From NCBI RefSeq assembly GCF_009914755.1, contig NC_060943.1: a DNA stretch of 64,000 bases; one strand, written 5' to 3'. A program made the position numbers and the translations under genes. Under the pieces are notes generated by a model that was given only the letters and a program-made list of their open reading frames with translations, had not been told where the DNA came from and searched no databases. Positions 11,925 to 30,420 of the stretch are shown here, one piece after another. This DNA is from the human T2T-CHM13v2.0 reference genome, Homo sapiens. Within the stretch, counting starts at the first letter, position 1. Every line of letters begins with the position of its first letter.

Positions 11925-12575
11925 GGGAGGGATTCAGGAAGGAAGGAGAGAGGGAGGGAGGCAGGGAGTGGGGGAGGAGGGGGGGAAGGGAGGGAAGGGA
12001 GAGAAGGAGGGAGGGAGGGGGAGGAAGGAGGGGGGAAGGGGGAAGAAGGGAGGGAAGGAGAGGGTAAGGGAGGGAAGGAGAGGGTAAGGGAGGGAGGGAG
12101 GGAAGGAGGGAGGGAAGGAAGGAAGGGGAGGGAGAAAGGAAGGAAGGAGGGAGGGAGAGAGGGAAGGAGGGAGGGAGAAAGGAAGGAGGGAGTGAAGGAA
12201 GAAAGGAAGGAGGGAGAGAGGAAGGAGGGAAGGAAGGAGGGGGGAGGGAGGGAAGGAAGAAAGAAGAGAGGGAGGGAAGGAGGGAGGGGGAGGGAGGAAG
12301 GGAGGGAAGGAAGAAAGGAAGGAAGGAGGGAGGGAGAGAGGGAAGGAGGGAGGGAGGAAGGAAGGAGGGAGGGAAGGAGGGAGGGAGGGGAGGAGGGAGG
12401 GAGGAGGGAGGGAAGGAAGCGGCAGAGGGAGGGAGATAGAGATAGGAAGGAAGGAGAGAGAAGGGGGAGAGGGAGGAAGGCGAGAGAAAGAGAGAGGGAG
12501 AAGGAAAGAAAGAGAGAGGAAGGAAGGAGAGAGAGAGGAAGAGAGAAAGAAAGACATCAAGAAAAAGAGAGACAT
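11925..12575. repeat. Long polypurine (GGAA/GGGA) low-complexity tract
   Basis: Seen directly; about 650 bp, almost only G and A. Confidence 0.95.
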
Positions 12576-13549
12576 TCCAAAAGCCCAGCTAGGGGGACCA
12601 GTTAAACACATTATAAAATCATTTTTAAAGTGATAAGTCACCACCCCCTATCACACAGAGTGCCTTAACGAGCGTCAAGAATGAGGGTGGATGTCGAGGT
12701 TTCTCGACAAGGAAAGATGCCCAGTGATGGGAATGAGGAATGAGAGAATAGAACCCTCCTTGTGTGAAATCTACAGGTGAATGTAATTCACGAAAATCCC
12801 AGCACAGGCTTGGCAAGATGCTGAGGCCCATCGGTGCTGGGCTGGGGAACTTAGGGGCTTGGCCTTCTTTGTACTTTTCTTCATTTTACCTTTTTAGCTG
12901 TTGCTTTTTTTGGAGACAGGGTCTTGCCCTGTTGCCCAGGCTGGAGTGCAGTGGTGTGATCTCGGCTCACTGCACCACTCGATCTCCTAGGCTCAAGTGA
13001 TCCTCCTGCCTCAGCCTCCAGTGTAGCTGGGACCACAGGTACACACTGTAACACCCAGCTAATTGTTTAATTTTTTTGTAGAGATGGGGTCTTGCTATGT
13101 TGCCCAGGCTAGTCTCACACTCCTGGGCTCAAGCCATCCTCCCGCCTTGGCCTCCCAAAGTGCTGCGATGACAGGCGTGAGCCACCACACCCAGGCTCTC
13201 ACCAAGTTCTGACGTCAATCAGGGATCAAAGGGCTTCAGGCCAAACTGCCATCCCTAAAATGACCTGCTTGAGAAACTTAAGTCTATGAAATGAAGGGGA
13301 GGCACTCCAGAAACTGGCAGATGGTCCCCAGAGGTGGTACAAGAAGAAGGGACTCGGGTCCCGCAGCTGACCCTCAGTGGCTCTTAGCCTCGAGAACTCA
13401 GCCCTGCGATGGCCAGAGTTGCGCCCGGCAGATCCCCACGGGGAGCCTCTTCCTCTCTCCTTGAGGTCACAGGCAGGTGAGTGACCAGGCAAGGGAGGAA
13501 GTCGGCTCTGCTCACCCCTCCAGCCCATTCCCCATGTCAGCAGAAGGAA

Positions 13550-14320
<771 letters not shown>

Positions 14321-14559
14321 GGCAGGAGGTGCCTACATCCACCAGTGCCCAAAGAGGATCTAGCAGCTCCGATCCAGGCCCTCGGGGCTTAGTGGGCAGC
14401 CCCACCAGCCCACAGCCTGCCTGCCAGGGAGCTGTTCTCACAGACCCCCACCATGGGACACGTGTTTCTGGGACAGGTCATGGAGAACGATGACCCCATC
14501 ACGGGCAGTCTTTCCAAAAGGGCCCACGGGAGATCAGAAATCGCAATGTTTCTTGCTGA

Positions 14560-14949
<390 letters not shown>

Positions 14950-15113
14950 TAGGATATCGCTCTGTTGACCAGGCTGATCTCAAACTCCTGGGCTCAAGCC
15001 ATCCTCCTGCCTTGGCCTCTCAAAGTGCTGGGATTACAGGCGTGAGCCATGGCGCCCGGCCAGAACTGAATGTTTGAAGAAGCCCAACACCAAACCTGTG
15101 GCAGCCCCAGGAA

Positions 15114-15930
15114 GCACCGGGAATGCATAGTCTGAGCCCTCTCCGGGCTCTGCACACCTTCCCGCCCTGCACCATGTGCACCGGAAATGCAGGAGACCTC
15201 TCCGGGCTCTGCACACCTTCTGGCCCTGCCGTCGGCACCCGAAATGCAAAGTCTGCGCCCTCTCCGGGCTCTACACACCTTCCCGCCCTGCACCATGTGC
15301 ACCAGAAATGCAAAGTCTGAGCCCTCTCCGGGCTCTGCACACCTTTCCGCCTTGCGCCATTGGCACCGGAAATGCTAAGTCTGAGCCCTCTCCGGGCTCT
15401 GCACACCTTCCCACCCTGCACCATGTGCACCAGAAATGCAAAGTCGGAGACCTCTCCGGGCTCTGCACACCTTCCGGCCTTGCACTGTCCGCACTGGAAA
15501 TGCAAAGTCTGAGCCTCTCCGGGCTCTGCACACCTTCCCGCCCTGCACCATGTGCACCGGAAATGCAAAGTCCGAGACCTCCCCGGACTCTGCACACCTT
15601 CCGGCCCGGCTCCGTCGGCACCGGAAATGCAAAGTCTGAGCCTCTCCGGGCTCTGCACACCTTCCGGCCCTGCACCATGTCCACTGGAAATGCAAAGTCC
15701 GAGACCTCTCCGGACTCTGCACACCTTCCGGCCCGGCTCCGTCGGCACCGGAAATGCAAAGTCTGAGCCTCTCCGGGCTCTGCACACCTTCCGGCCCTGC
15801 ACCATGTCCACTGGAAATGCAAAGTCCGAGACCTCTCCGGACTCTGCACACCTTCCGGCCCGGCTCCGTCGGCACCGGAAATGCAAAGTCCGAGACCTCT
15901 CCGGGCTCTGCACACCTTCCAGCCCTGCGC
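15114..15930. repeat. VNTR, 13 units of about 63-64 bp, 127-bp dimer periodicity in the right half
   Basis: Unit gcaccggaaatgcaaagtc(t/c)gag(a)cctctccgg(g/a)ctctgcacaccttcc...; anchor at 15151, 15210, 15272, 15336, 15400, 15464, 15527, 15591, 15654, 15718, 15781, 15845 and 15909. Confidence 0.95.
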
Positions 15931-16237
15931 CTCCTTTTTCGGGCTGAGCTTTTCTGTTGGTGTCACAGCTTCACTGGGGTGCAGTTACACACCCTGCGAT
16001 GCACACTGGGCACGCTAATCTTCAAGCGCACATGGTTCTAAGGGTTGCCATTCATTTCTACAGCTATGCAACCATCAGCATAATCTCAATGGGACGCTGT
16101 CATCGACTCCCAGAGCTGCCCCGATCCCAACCCCCCAGCCTCCAGGCGACCTCTGATCTGTCACCTTTTCTAGAATTTTCCTGTAAGTGGAATTGTACAA
16201 TATGAAGTCCTTTACATTTTTATGTTTGGCTTCATAA

Positions 16238-16653
<416 letters not shown>

Positions 16654-16669
16654 GCTCTATCTATACATG

Positions 16670-17170
16670 CATCATGTTATTGAGATGTAATTCATATGAC
16701 ATACAGTGCACCCATTTAAAATGCATAATTCTTTCTGAGTATTATCTGCGGCACCAAAAAGAAGAAAAAAATCATAAAATAAAAAGAAAACGCACAATTC
16801 AATGGCATTTAGTACATTCAGAGTCCTGCAACCATCACCACTAATTCCAGAACATTCTAATTATGCCAAGAAGAAGAAACCCATCAACCATCACTTCCCA
16901 TGCCCCTCCCAGTCTCGGCACCCACGCATCCCCTCCCTGCCTCTGTGGATCGGCCCGTCCTGAACCTTTTGTAGAAAGGGGATCACATGCTGTGTGGCCT
17001 TTTGTGTCTGGCATCTCTTACTGAGCGTGACGTCCTCAAGGTACATCCACACTGTGGCCTGTGTCAAAGCTTCATTCCTTTTCATGGCTGAGTAACACTC
17101 CATGGTGTGGATGGAGGATGTTCTGCTGATCCATTCACCCATTGATGGACATTTGGAGTCTTTGCCTTAT
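16670..17170 (-). mobile_element. L1MB-type 3' end fragment
   Basis: attcatatgacatacagtgcacccatttaaa...tgtggccttttgtgtctggc...ccattgatggacatttgg. Confidence 0.75.
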
Positions 17171-17422
17171 TGCTAAATTTGAACATATTCTTGACTTTTG
17201 AGTACATCTGTTTCTGAATTACCTCTCATGACCATTGACTACTAAGGATGAGACCAAAATGATTTATACTGGGCTTAGCTAAAATATGCATTTTTAAGGT
17301 ACACATTACATGCCATAAAATTCAAGTGAAGTGTACTGCTCAAAGATACTTCAGGGCCGGGTGCAATGGTACGCACCTGTAATCCTGGCACTTTGGGAAG
17401 TCAAAGCAGGAAGATCACTTGA

Positions 17423-17815
<393 letters not shown>

Positions 17816-18493
17816 TAACTCTTAAAAAAAAATTTTGTTTTAAGATTTTTAAGTAAGTTCACCAGGTTGCGGTCACCCCGACCCGACCATCGGGTCCATT
17901 TCCACGTCCCTGGCAAGTCTCTGGTGCACATTCATGTCCCCAGCCTCCAATCACCACGAGTCCCTTTCTGTCCCTATGGCTTTGCCTTTTCTGGACATTT
18001 CTGCCTTCCTTTCTACTTATTTTTAAATGGTTTCCTCTTCCTACATTTTAAAAGCCACTCATGATTCTCTAGGGAGAAAAACGAGGAGTAAATCAACAGA
18101 GGAGAGCTAAAGGGCCAGCGACGGGTCACTCTCCAGGTGCACAGGAGATACGGGTGAAGGCTCCTTAAAACTCCCTACCATGGCACGAAGACACCGGAAA
18201 GGCATGCAGCACCGCTGTGGGCTTCCCACCCTGACCCCATCCAGGGGCTCCGGCACCAGCAGGACCAGTGAGTGCCACGTTCCCTGCCTCGTGGGCGGGA
18301 AACTCTGCCAGGAGCTAGCAGCTGTTACCCACACCTGCTCCCCGTTACCCATACTTGGTGGATACAAACAGCCGACAGACCCAGGTCAAGGCCAAGACGC
18401 CCGCCTTGACGGCAACCCCACGTCTTACATCCAGGGTGCAAAACAGCCAACTGAACCTCAAATCATAACAAAGAAATGCATTACAGCACCGAC

Positions 18494-18550
18494 CTGTGCA
18501 GGAGGTCTCGCCGTCTGCAGCACCGAGATCCCGAAACCAAGCTCCACTCC
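18494..18550 (-). other. GNG7: GNG7 non-coding (5'-UTR) exon 2, 57 nt
   Basis: Minus strand reads ctaactctatgtgttttttccag|GGAGTGGAGCTTGGTTTCGGGATCTCGGTGCTGCAGACGGCGAGACCTCCTGCACAG|gtcggt: branch point CTAAC (18569-18573), pyrimidine tract, AG acceptor and GT donor. The sequence matches my recollection of the GNG7 5'UTR, and its position relative to MIR7850 fits. Confidence 0.85.
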
Positions 18551-18679
18551 CTGGAAAAAACACATAGAGTTAGTTTGGCGTGGCTTGGCTGGAGGCACCA
18601 TGCATGTGTTGATGGGGTCAGCATTGGAGAACGGCCTCGCGCTTGTGATTGGACAAGGACAGAAATCATTTTGGCAACC

Positions 18680-18996
<317 letters not shown>

Positions 18997-19762
18997 TCAC
19001 TGAAAATATTTATTATTAGAGATTTATGACGTTATTCCTAATACATTTTCCACGTGTTTGAAAACTGAACTGAGTGCAAGGATTGATGTTTCTACGGCTC
19101 TTCACAGTTTATCAAAAACATCTCTGTACATCTTTGGAGCCTCACGATCTCCCTGGGAGGAAGAAGAAGGGGCTGAGTTAGTCCCACGGTGCCCAGAAGG
19201 CACCCAACGTATGCAGGTCTGCCCAGGACTTTTCCAGAGTTAGCCTGAAAGTCCTGCATCCTGGGAAGTCCCTCAGCCCCAGCTCAGCTGGTACGGGCAG
19301 TCTCTGAGCAGAACCAGGCTGGCACCACATGCCTGAGGCTGCGACCAGGAACTCCCCACCTCAGGGGACTCGGGGGGACCCTGCCACCATCACTGACAGG
19401 ACAAGCTCCAGGGCCAAAGCTGTTCCTGCAAACACCGTGGTTTATATGAAATCCTTGCCTCCCTCTGGAGCCTGGAATCCTGGCATGGGTCAGGCAGCAG
19501 GGGCAGCAGAACCAGCCCCCATAGGAACGTGGGTGCTGGGTCTCTGGGAGCCTCGCTGGTGACAGTGCTTTGGGCTGTTGTCCCAGCTCGCTGCTGGGGA
19601 TGTGGCGTGTCCCGCGTGACACATGGGGAGAGGGCCTGGAAGCTGGGCCTAGAAGCCGGGCCTGGCCTCCCCGACCCACCCCACGAGTCTTTCCCTTCCC
19701 AAACTCTGCTCTGTGCTCCATGTCCTCTTGCTGGGACAAACCACAGTCACAAGGAGGCCTCA

Positions 19763-20364
<602 letters not shown>

Positions 20365-20500
20365 TTAGAAGAAAAAAACCGTGAAACTGGGATAAAGAGT
20401 GAAATTTAGCTTATAGAAATGTACCCACATGGGCTTCTTGGTGGTCACAAGTATATGGTCCAGCCTGGGCAACATAGCAAGACCCCATCGGCCATCTCTA

Positions 20501-20698
<198 letters not shown>

Positions 20699-21121
20699 TC
20701 ATAAGATGCTAACATAAGGGAAAACTGGTGAGAGGTAGACAGGAAATCTCTGGATTTCTTTGCAACTCTTCTGAAAATCTAAAATTAAAAGTTCATTTTA
20801 AAAAAATGCAGACTTTTTAAAATGCTAGTTTCCGTTCTACGAGCTCAGGGTAATTTACCATCAATAAAAGGTAGGGATAGGGAGCTGAAATCCTCACTGT
20901 CACCTGCAGGTGGTGCCCTTGCCACAGGAATGCCCTGGCACCCTTGGGCTCTGGCAGCAGCTGGAATCTTGCAGGATCTGCTACACCAGGGCCTGCCACT
21001 CAGGACAGCAGCAGCTCAGGGCAGCAGGGATGAGTGATGAAAGGGCTGGAGCGGCATGCCCACGGGGCTGCAGGAGGCCCAGACTCCTGCCCTCCACCTT
21101 GCAGGGCAGCTGTGAACATAA

Positions 21122-21318
<197 letters not shown>

Positions 21319-21660
21319 TAGTTTTTATGTTCTGGGAAGGGGGAAGGAATGTGCTTAATTTGTGGGCTAATTTTTAATTTTTTAAAAATAGAGACAGGGT
21401 CTTTGCTATGTTATCCAGCCTGGTCTTGAACTCCTGGGCTCAAGTGATCCTCTCACCACCTTGTCCTCTGAAAGGGCTGGGATTACAGGTGTAGCCATTT
21501 CACCTGGACAACCTTAAATTACTGAATGAATTTGAAGTGGTCTGGTGCGCCCTTCAACTCACTACCCTGCCAGCGACACCGTACACAACTAGGGCACATC
21601 TTATCAAAACCAGCAAACTGAGAGAGGCGGATACATTCAGTGTAGACGCTCACCCCTAGG

Positions 21661-21661
21661 A

Positions 21662-21707
<46 letters not shown>
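21661..21707. repeat. (ATT)n Alu-tail microsatellite
   Basis: Seen directly. Confidence 0.9.
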
Positions 21708-21708
<1 letters not shown>

Positions 21709-21999
21709 TTTTTGAGACGGAGTCTTGCTCTGTCACCCAGGCTGGAGTGCGATCTCAGCTCACTGCAAGCTCCACCTCCCGGGTTCAAGCAATTCTCCTG
21801 CCTCAGCCTCCTGAGTAGCTGGGATTACAGGCACCTACCACCACCCCCGGCTAATTTTTGTATTTTTAGTAGAGACGGGGTTTCACCATGTTGGTCAGGC
21901 TGGTCTTGAGCCCCTGACCTCATGATCCACCCGCCTCAGCCTCCCAAAGTGCTGGGATTACAGGCGTGAGCCACCGCGCCCAGCCAGGAATCATTATTT

Positions 22000-22470
22000 T
22001 TAAACAGCCTTATTGTGAACTAACGCCTGTACCATACAACTCGCCCACTTGAAGTGTATAATTCATTGTTTTCAGTATATTTGCAAAACTGGCCAACCAT
22101 CACCTTTATGTAGTTCCAGAACATTCTCATCACCCTACAAAGAAGCCCCCTCGCCATCAGCCCCCGATCCCCAGCCCCGGCCCCCACGCACACCCTCCCT
22201 GACTCTGCGGATGGGTCTGTCCTGGACATTTCATAGAAATGGGGTCACACACTGTGTGGCCTTTTGTGTCTGGTGTCTCTCACTGAGTGTGACGTCCTCA
22301 AGGTGCATCCATGCTGTGACGTGTGTCAAAGACCCGCTCCTTTCCATGGCTGAGTCTTACTCCTCCTGAGTATGGAAGGACGTGTTTTTTAAATCCATTC
22401 ACCGGCGGATGGACAATCGGCTCGTTCCTTCTTGTTGGCAATTGTGAATCTGCTGCTGTGAATATTCGTG
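22000..22470 (-). mobile_element. L1MB-type 3' end fragment
   Basis: tcctggacatttcatagaaatggggtcacacactgtgtggccttttgtgtctgg. Confidence 0.75.
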
Positions 22471-23234
22471 TCATAGGAATCTTTTTTTTTTTTTTTTGAG
22501 ACAGAGTCTCGTTCTATCCCCCAGGCTGGAGTGCAGTGGGGCACGATCTCGGCTCACGGCAACCTCCACCTCCCGAGTTCAAGTGATTCTCCTGCCTCAG
22601 CCTCCAGAGTAACTGGGATTTCAGGCACCCACCACCATGCCTGGCTAGCTTTTTTTGTATTTTTAGTAGAGACGGGGTTTCCTCATGTTGGCCAGGCTGG
22701 TCTTGAACTCCTGACCTCAGGTGATCCGCCAGCCTTGGCCTCCCGAAGTTGTTGGGATTACAGGCAACAATGATTCCCAGCCCTAGGAATCATTTTTAAG
22801 ATGAGTTCTCACTCTCTGCCTTCACTGCAAACCTCCCTGTCCCCAGCCCTTTAACCCCAGCCTCTGGCTGTCCTCAAGACCTTGGACTTGGCAGTGAGGC
22901 GATCCCTGCGGATGCCCCTTGGTCTGCACTCGGCCTCAGAGCAGCTTGGGTCAGAGGCGAGCACAGCGTGGGTGAAGCCGCATCCCAGCCGCTCTGTCCT
23001 CGGGCCTTGAGCCGCACCAGCTGGCGCCAGGCTGTCCCCCAGCGACCTTCAGCGGCTCACTCAGCCTGACAGAAACGCTGCGTTTTCATGTTCCCTGTGT
23101 GGACAAATCACAATCGACCCGGGCGGCCAGCAGTGGAGACAAGGAGGAGAGACCTCTCCGCGGGGGTTAGGTCCCCTCAGAAACTGCCGAGCTGGGGCAA
23201 CACGAACCGCTGGGACCTCCTGTTCATAAATTAG

Positions 23235-24102
<868 letters not shown>

Positions 24103-24121
24103 TGACCAATTTCTTTCTTTA

Positions 24122-24397
<276 letters not shown>

Positions 24398-24431
24398 CTA
24401 AGCGAGACTCCGTCTCAAAAAAAAAAAATTA

Positions 24432-24974
<543 letters not shown>

Positions 24975-25614
24975 TCAGCTGTGTTGGAAACACTGAGAGA
25001 TGTCACTGTAGCCTGTGAACCAGCTAAAGATATTGTACTATGGGCTGGGCACAAGGGCTCATGCCTGTAATCCTAGTGCTTTGGGAGGTTGAGGTGGGAG
25101 GATTGCTGAAGGCCAGAAGTTTGCAACCAGCCTGGGCAACATAGCAAGACCCTAGGCCAGAAGTTTGCAACCAGCCTGGGCAACATAGCAAGACCCTATC
25201 TCTACAAAAAATTTAAAAATTTGCTGGGCATGGTGGCTCCAGGGATCACGTGAGCCCAGAAGGCAGAGGCTGCAGTGAACCGAGATCACACCACTGCACT
25301 CCAGCCCGGGCAACAGAGCAAGACTCTGACTCAAATAAATAAATCAAAATAAAATAAAATAAATAATAGAAACTGAAAACAAAAACCAGGCCTCACCCAC
25401 AGTGTCGAAGGCATGCATCTTCTAGGGTTATTAAGGTGCTGGTTGTTATTTTTGCTTGTAATTCTGAAAAGGCTGATAGATTTTATAGCCCAGTATCTCC
25501 AAGCAGCGCCCAAGGACACAAACAGCCAGACCCTCAGCTCCCAAACCTGGGGATTTGCAACAGACAAACACAGAGCTGGGAAATTCCGCAGCAGGGCAGA
25601 TGAGGGATCGATCT

Positions 25615-25940
25615 GAGTCCCATGATCCTCGGCCCTGCTGAGGTCCCAGGAGGCTGCACACATTGAAATCCACATCCTGAGTGGGGCGGAGGGAGGAGGA
25701 GAATCCCAGGAGCTGGGGGGCCCCCCTGGTTTATACCGTCTTCCCCATCAGGAGTTTATCCTGGTGTCTGGAGTGAGAAGGGATCGAAGTCTATTTTTTT
25801 CCAGATGAATGTAGGGTCTCCCCCTCGGCACTGTGGGCATTGGGGCCGGATCATTCTCTGGGGTGGGGCTGTCCTGGGCACTGCGGGGAGCTGAGCAGCG
25901 TCCCTGGCCTCCACCCACCCCATGCCAGGGGCATCCCCCA
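25615..25940 (+). repeat. Core-MER20 cassette, copy D (5'-truncated core)
   Basis: gtcccatgatcctcggccctgctgaggtcccaggaggctgcacacattgaaatccacatcctgagt, followed by MER20. Confidence 0.85.
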
Positions 25941-26569
25941 TCTAGAGCTGTTCCGTTGCCTTGAATTTCTGCCCTCTGGCCTCCCCTGTCCTCATCCTTA
26001 TGGGATCTTCAGATGGTGCCCTTGAGGCCCAGGGCCCGTGTCCCCTCCTCACTCAGCCCTCCTATCCACAGGTGACTCACAGTCCCCTTGGCACCACCCA
26101 GGCGCTGTCCCTGGCCTCGCCCATGGCTAACCTTGGCAGGCATCCCCAACAGAGGCGAGGGGACAGCTCTCGCCTGCCTCGGCGAGCCCGGGTTCCAGAA
26201 GATGTGCCCAGCACCCTGGGCCCCCCACCGCCGGGTCTGGGACACAGATGCTCTCCTCCAAACCTCCCATTCAGACCCTCGCTGTGGCGGGGGCGGGGCC
26301 GTGTCTTTTGAGACTCTGCATATGCACGAGGGGGTGAGTTTGAGTGAGGCGGTCTCCATGCAGAGGAAGGTCTTTATTTAGGAAGCCAGGTGGGGGCGGG
26401 GCCGGCTGGGGAGGAGAGGCGGAGAGGAAAGACGAGCTTCTGCAGATTTCAAACCTGTCATTTCTTTTCTGACGCATACCCTCCCCTCCCGCTTCATGAC
26501 AAGCTCTGTTCCCACCTTCCCCGGGTTCCCAGAGCAGCCTCCTAGACACGATCCGAAACAGCACGGGTC

Positions 26570-27195
26570 CCCCTCCCAACCCCCAGGCACTATGGACATT
26601 AGAGCTGGGTCACTCTCTGGGGTGGGGCCATCCTGGGCACTGCAGGGAGCTGAACAGCATCCCTGGCCTCCACCCACTCTATGCCAGGAGCACCCCCAGT
26701 CACGACAGTCACAGATGTCCCCAGACATTGCCTGATGTCCCCTGGGGAACAGAATCATCCCCAGAAAGACCTCCTCAGTTAGGGGGTTCCACAGATCCCC
26801 AAGAGACTGTGTCCCATGATCCTCCCCCTTGCTGAGGTCCCAGGAGGCTGCACACATTGAAATCCACACCCTGAGTGGGGGGAGGGAGAGAGGAGGAGAA
26901 TCCCGGGAACTGGAGTCCCCTAGTTTATGTTGTCTGCCCCATTGGGAGCTTATTCTGGTGTCTGTTGTGAGCAGAGACGCAATTCAATTATTTTTTTCGA
27001 AATAATGAATGCAGGGTCTCCCCCCTCTGCACTGTGGACATTGGGGCTGGACCATTCTCTGGGCTGGGGCCATCCTGGGCACTGCAGGGTGCTAAGCAGC
27101 ATCCCTGGCCTCCACCCACTCCATGCCAGGGGCACCCCCGAGTTGTGACAACCACAGATGTCCCCAGACATTGTCCAGTGTCCCCTGGGAGGCAG
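26570..27195 (+). repeat. MER20-core-MER20 cassette, copy E (core about 26779-27010)
   Basis: Same core and junctions as copies A and C. Confidence 0.85.
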
Positions 27196-27489
27196 AGGCA
27201 GGAGGACTGATTGAGCTCAAGAGTTCAAGACCAGCCTGGACCACATAGCAAGACCCCATCTCTACAAAAAAAATTTTAAAACATAGCCAGGTGTGGTGGT
27301 CTGCACCTGTGATCCCAGTTACTCAGGAGGCTGAGATGGGAGGATTGCTGAGTCTGGGAGGTCGAGGCTACAGTGAGCTGAGATCACACCACTGCACTCC
27401 AGGCTGGGTGACAGAGCAAGACTCTGTCTCAAAAAAAAAAAAAAAAACCACACACACACAAAAACAAAAAGAGACCCTATCTCAAAAAA

Positions 27490-28560
<1,071 letters not shown>

Positions 28561-29342
28561 GAGGCCGGGTGCGGTGGCTCACGCCTGTCATCCCAGCACT
28601 TTGGGAGGCCAAGGCGGGCGGATCACAAGGTTAGGAGTTCAAGACCAGCCTGGCCAACATGGCGAAACCCTGTCTCTACTAAAAATACAAAAATTAGCCG
28701 GGCATGGTGGTGCACGCCTGTAGTCCCAGCTACTCAGGAGGCTGAGGCAGGAGAAGCTTGAACCCAGGAGGCAGGGGTTGCAGTGCGCCGAGATCACGCC
28801 ACTGCACTCCAGCCTGAGTGACAGAGTGAGGCTCCATCAAAAAAAGAGAAAGAAAGATGAACTAGACCAGAGGTTGGTAAACTCTGGCCCATGGGTCAAA
28901 TGCAGCCCACTGCTTGCTTTTGTACATAAAGTTTTATTGGCACACAGCCGTGCGTGTTCACTTACATATCATCCATGGCTGCTTCTGGGCTCCTACAGCA
29001 CAGCTGGGAGGCCTCGACAGAGAGCACATGGCCTGCAACGCCAAGAATTTACCTCCGGCCCTTTAGGAAGGGTTGATATAATCCGTGTACTAGAGTTAGA
29101 TCTCAGAGGACCTTGAATGCCAGAAACGAGTAAGTCCTAATGATTTTTAGCAAAGAGTAACACTGTAAAACCAAATGTTTACAGATTTCATGTGCTGGAA
29201 TCCTCTGGGGGTGGGGCAGCGGAGAGGCCTTAAAACATGAAACAGCGTCAGATCAATTTTCAATGATTGTCTTCAAAATTAAAACTGGCTCATTACAGGC
29301 GCGGTGGCTCATGCCTGTAATCCCAGCCCTTTGGGAGGTCTA

Positions 29343-29576
<234 letters not shown>

Positions 29577-29581
29577 TTAAA

Positions 29582-29612
<31 letters not shown>

Positions 29613-29971
29613 CACATAATAACATTTATCCTAAAAAGAGAAACAGTACAAAGGCACTCAGAGCTGAAACTCAAAGTCGTCTGCCAGTCTCTAACTCCTG
29701 ACTTTTGGGTTTCATGTCCTGCTTTATAGGACTTTTTGAATTCTGCCCCCAAGGATCCTTTTCAAAAATCTTTTGTTTCAGCCAGGCACAGGGGCTTGTG
29801 CCTGTAATCCCAGCTACTGGAGAGGCTGAGGCAGGAGGATCATTTGGAGCCAGGAGAGCTGGAGACCAGCCTGGGCAACATAGCAAGACACCATCTTTTA
29901 AAAAAATTTTGTTTCTGTTTTGGAAAAATTTTCGATTTACAGAAAAGTTGCAAATCTAGTCCAACGTTCCC

Positions 29972-30420
29972 TATGGGCAGCAGGCAACCTAGGTACCGAG
30001 GCAAGAGACTGAGGGCACGAGCTGCCTGGCTCTGCCTTCGAGATAGCAGTAACAGAATTAGTGAAAGTACTAAAAGTCTCTGAAATGCGGAAATAATGGC
30101 GTAAGCTGTCTCCTCTCTCTCTCTCTCTCTTTGCCTCGGCTGCCAAACAGGGAAGGGCCCCATGTCCAGTGGACACATGACCTTACCTATCATTGGAGAT
30201 GGCTCATACTCCTTACCCTGCCCCCTTGTCTTGTATCCAATAAATAACAGCGCAGCCTGGCATTTGGGGCCACTACCGGTCTTCATGTCTTGGTGGTAGT
30301 GGTCCCCCGGGCCCAGCTGTCTTTTCTTTTACCTCTTTGTCTTGTGTCTTTATTTCTACGATCTCTCGTCTCCACACACGGGGAGAAAAACCCACAGACC
30401 CTATAGGGCTGGACCCTACA
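29972..30420 (+). mobile_element. ERVK-class solo LTR (LTR13A-like) with large internal deletion
   Basis: 5' tatgggcagcaggcaacctaggtaccgaggcaagagac, 3' ...gggctggaccctaca; 6-bp TSD-like gttccc/gttctc; AATAAA at 30239. Confidence 0.75.

Noticed and set aside
11934-12644. Pro/Ser/Leu- or Gly/Glu/Arg-rich ORFs (also 10543-11077, 23366-24029, 33324-33699)
   Set aside because: Translations of low-complexity purine/pyrimidine tracts.
15020-15966. Long ORFs (297, 231, 196 aa) across the VNTR
   Set aside because: Open frames on both strands arise from a stop-poor tandem unit; frames shift between units and there is no splice or start context.
16844-16858. Three-unit HSE-like words (16167, 16844, about 22112, 40886, 55109)
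   Set aside because: Short; several are inherited from L1 sequence and expected by chance, unlike the 10-12-unit arrays.
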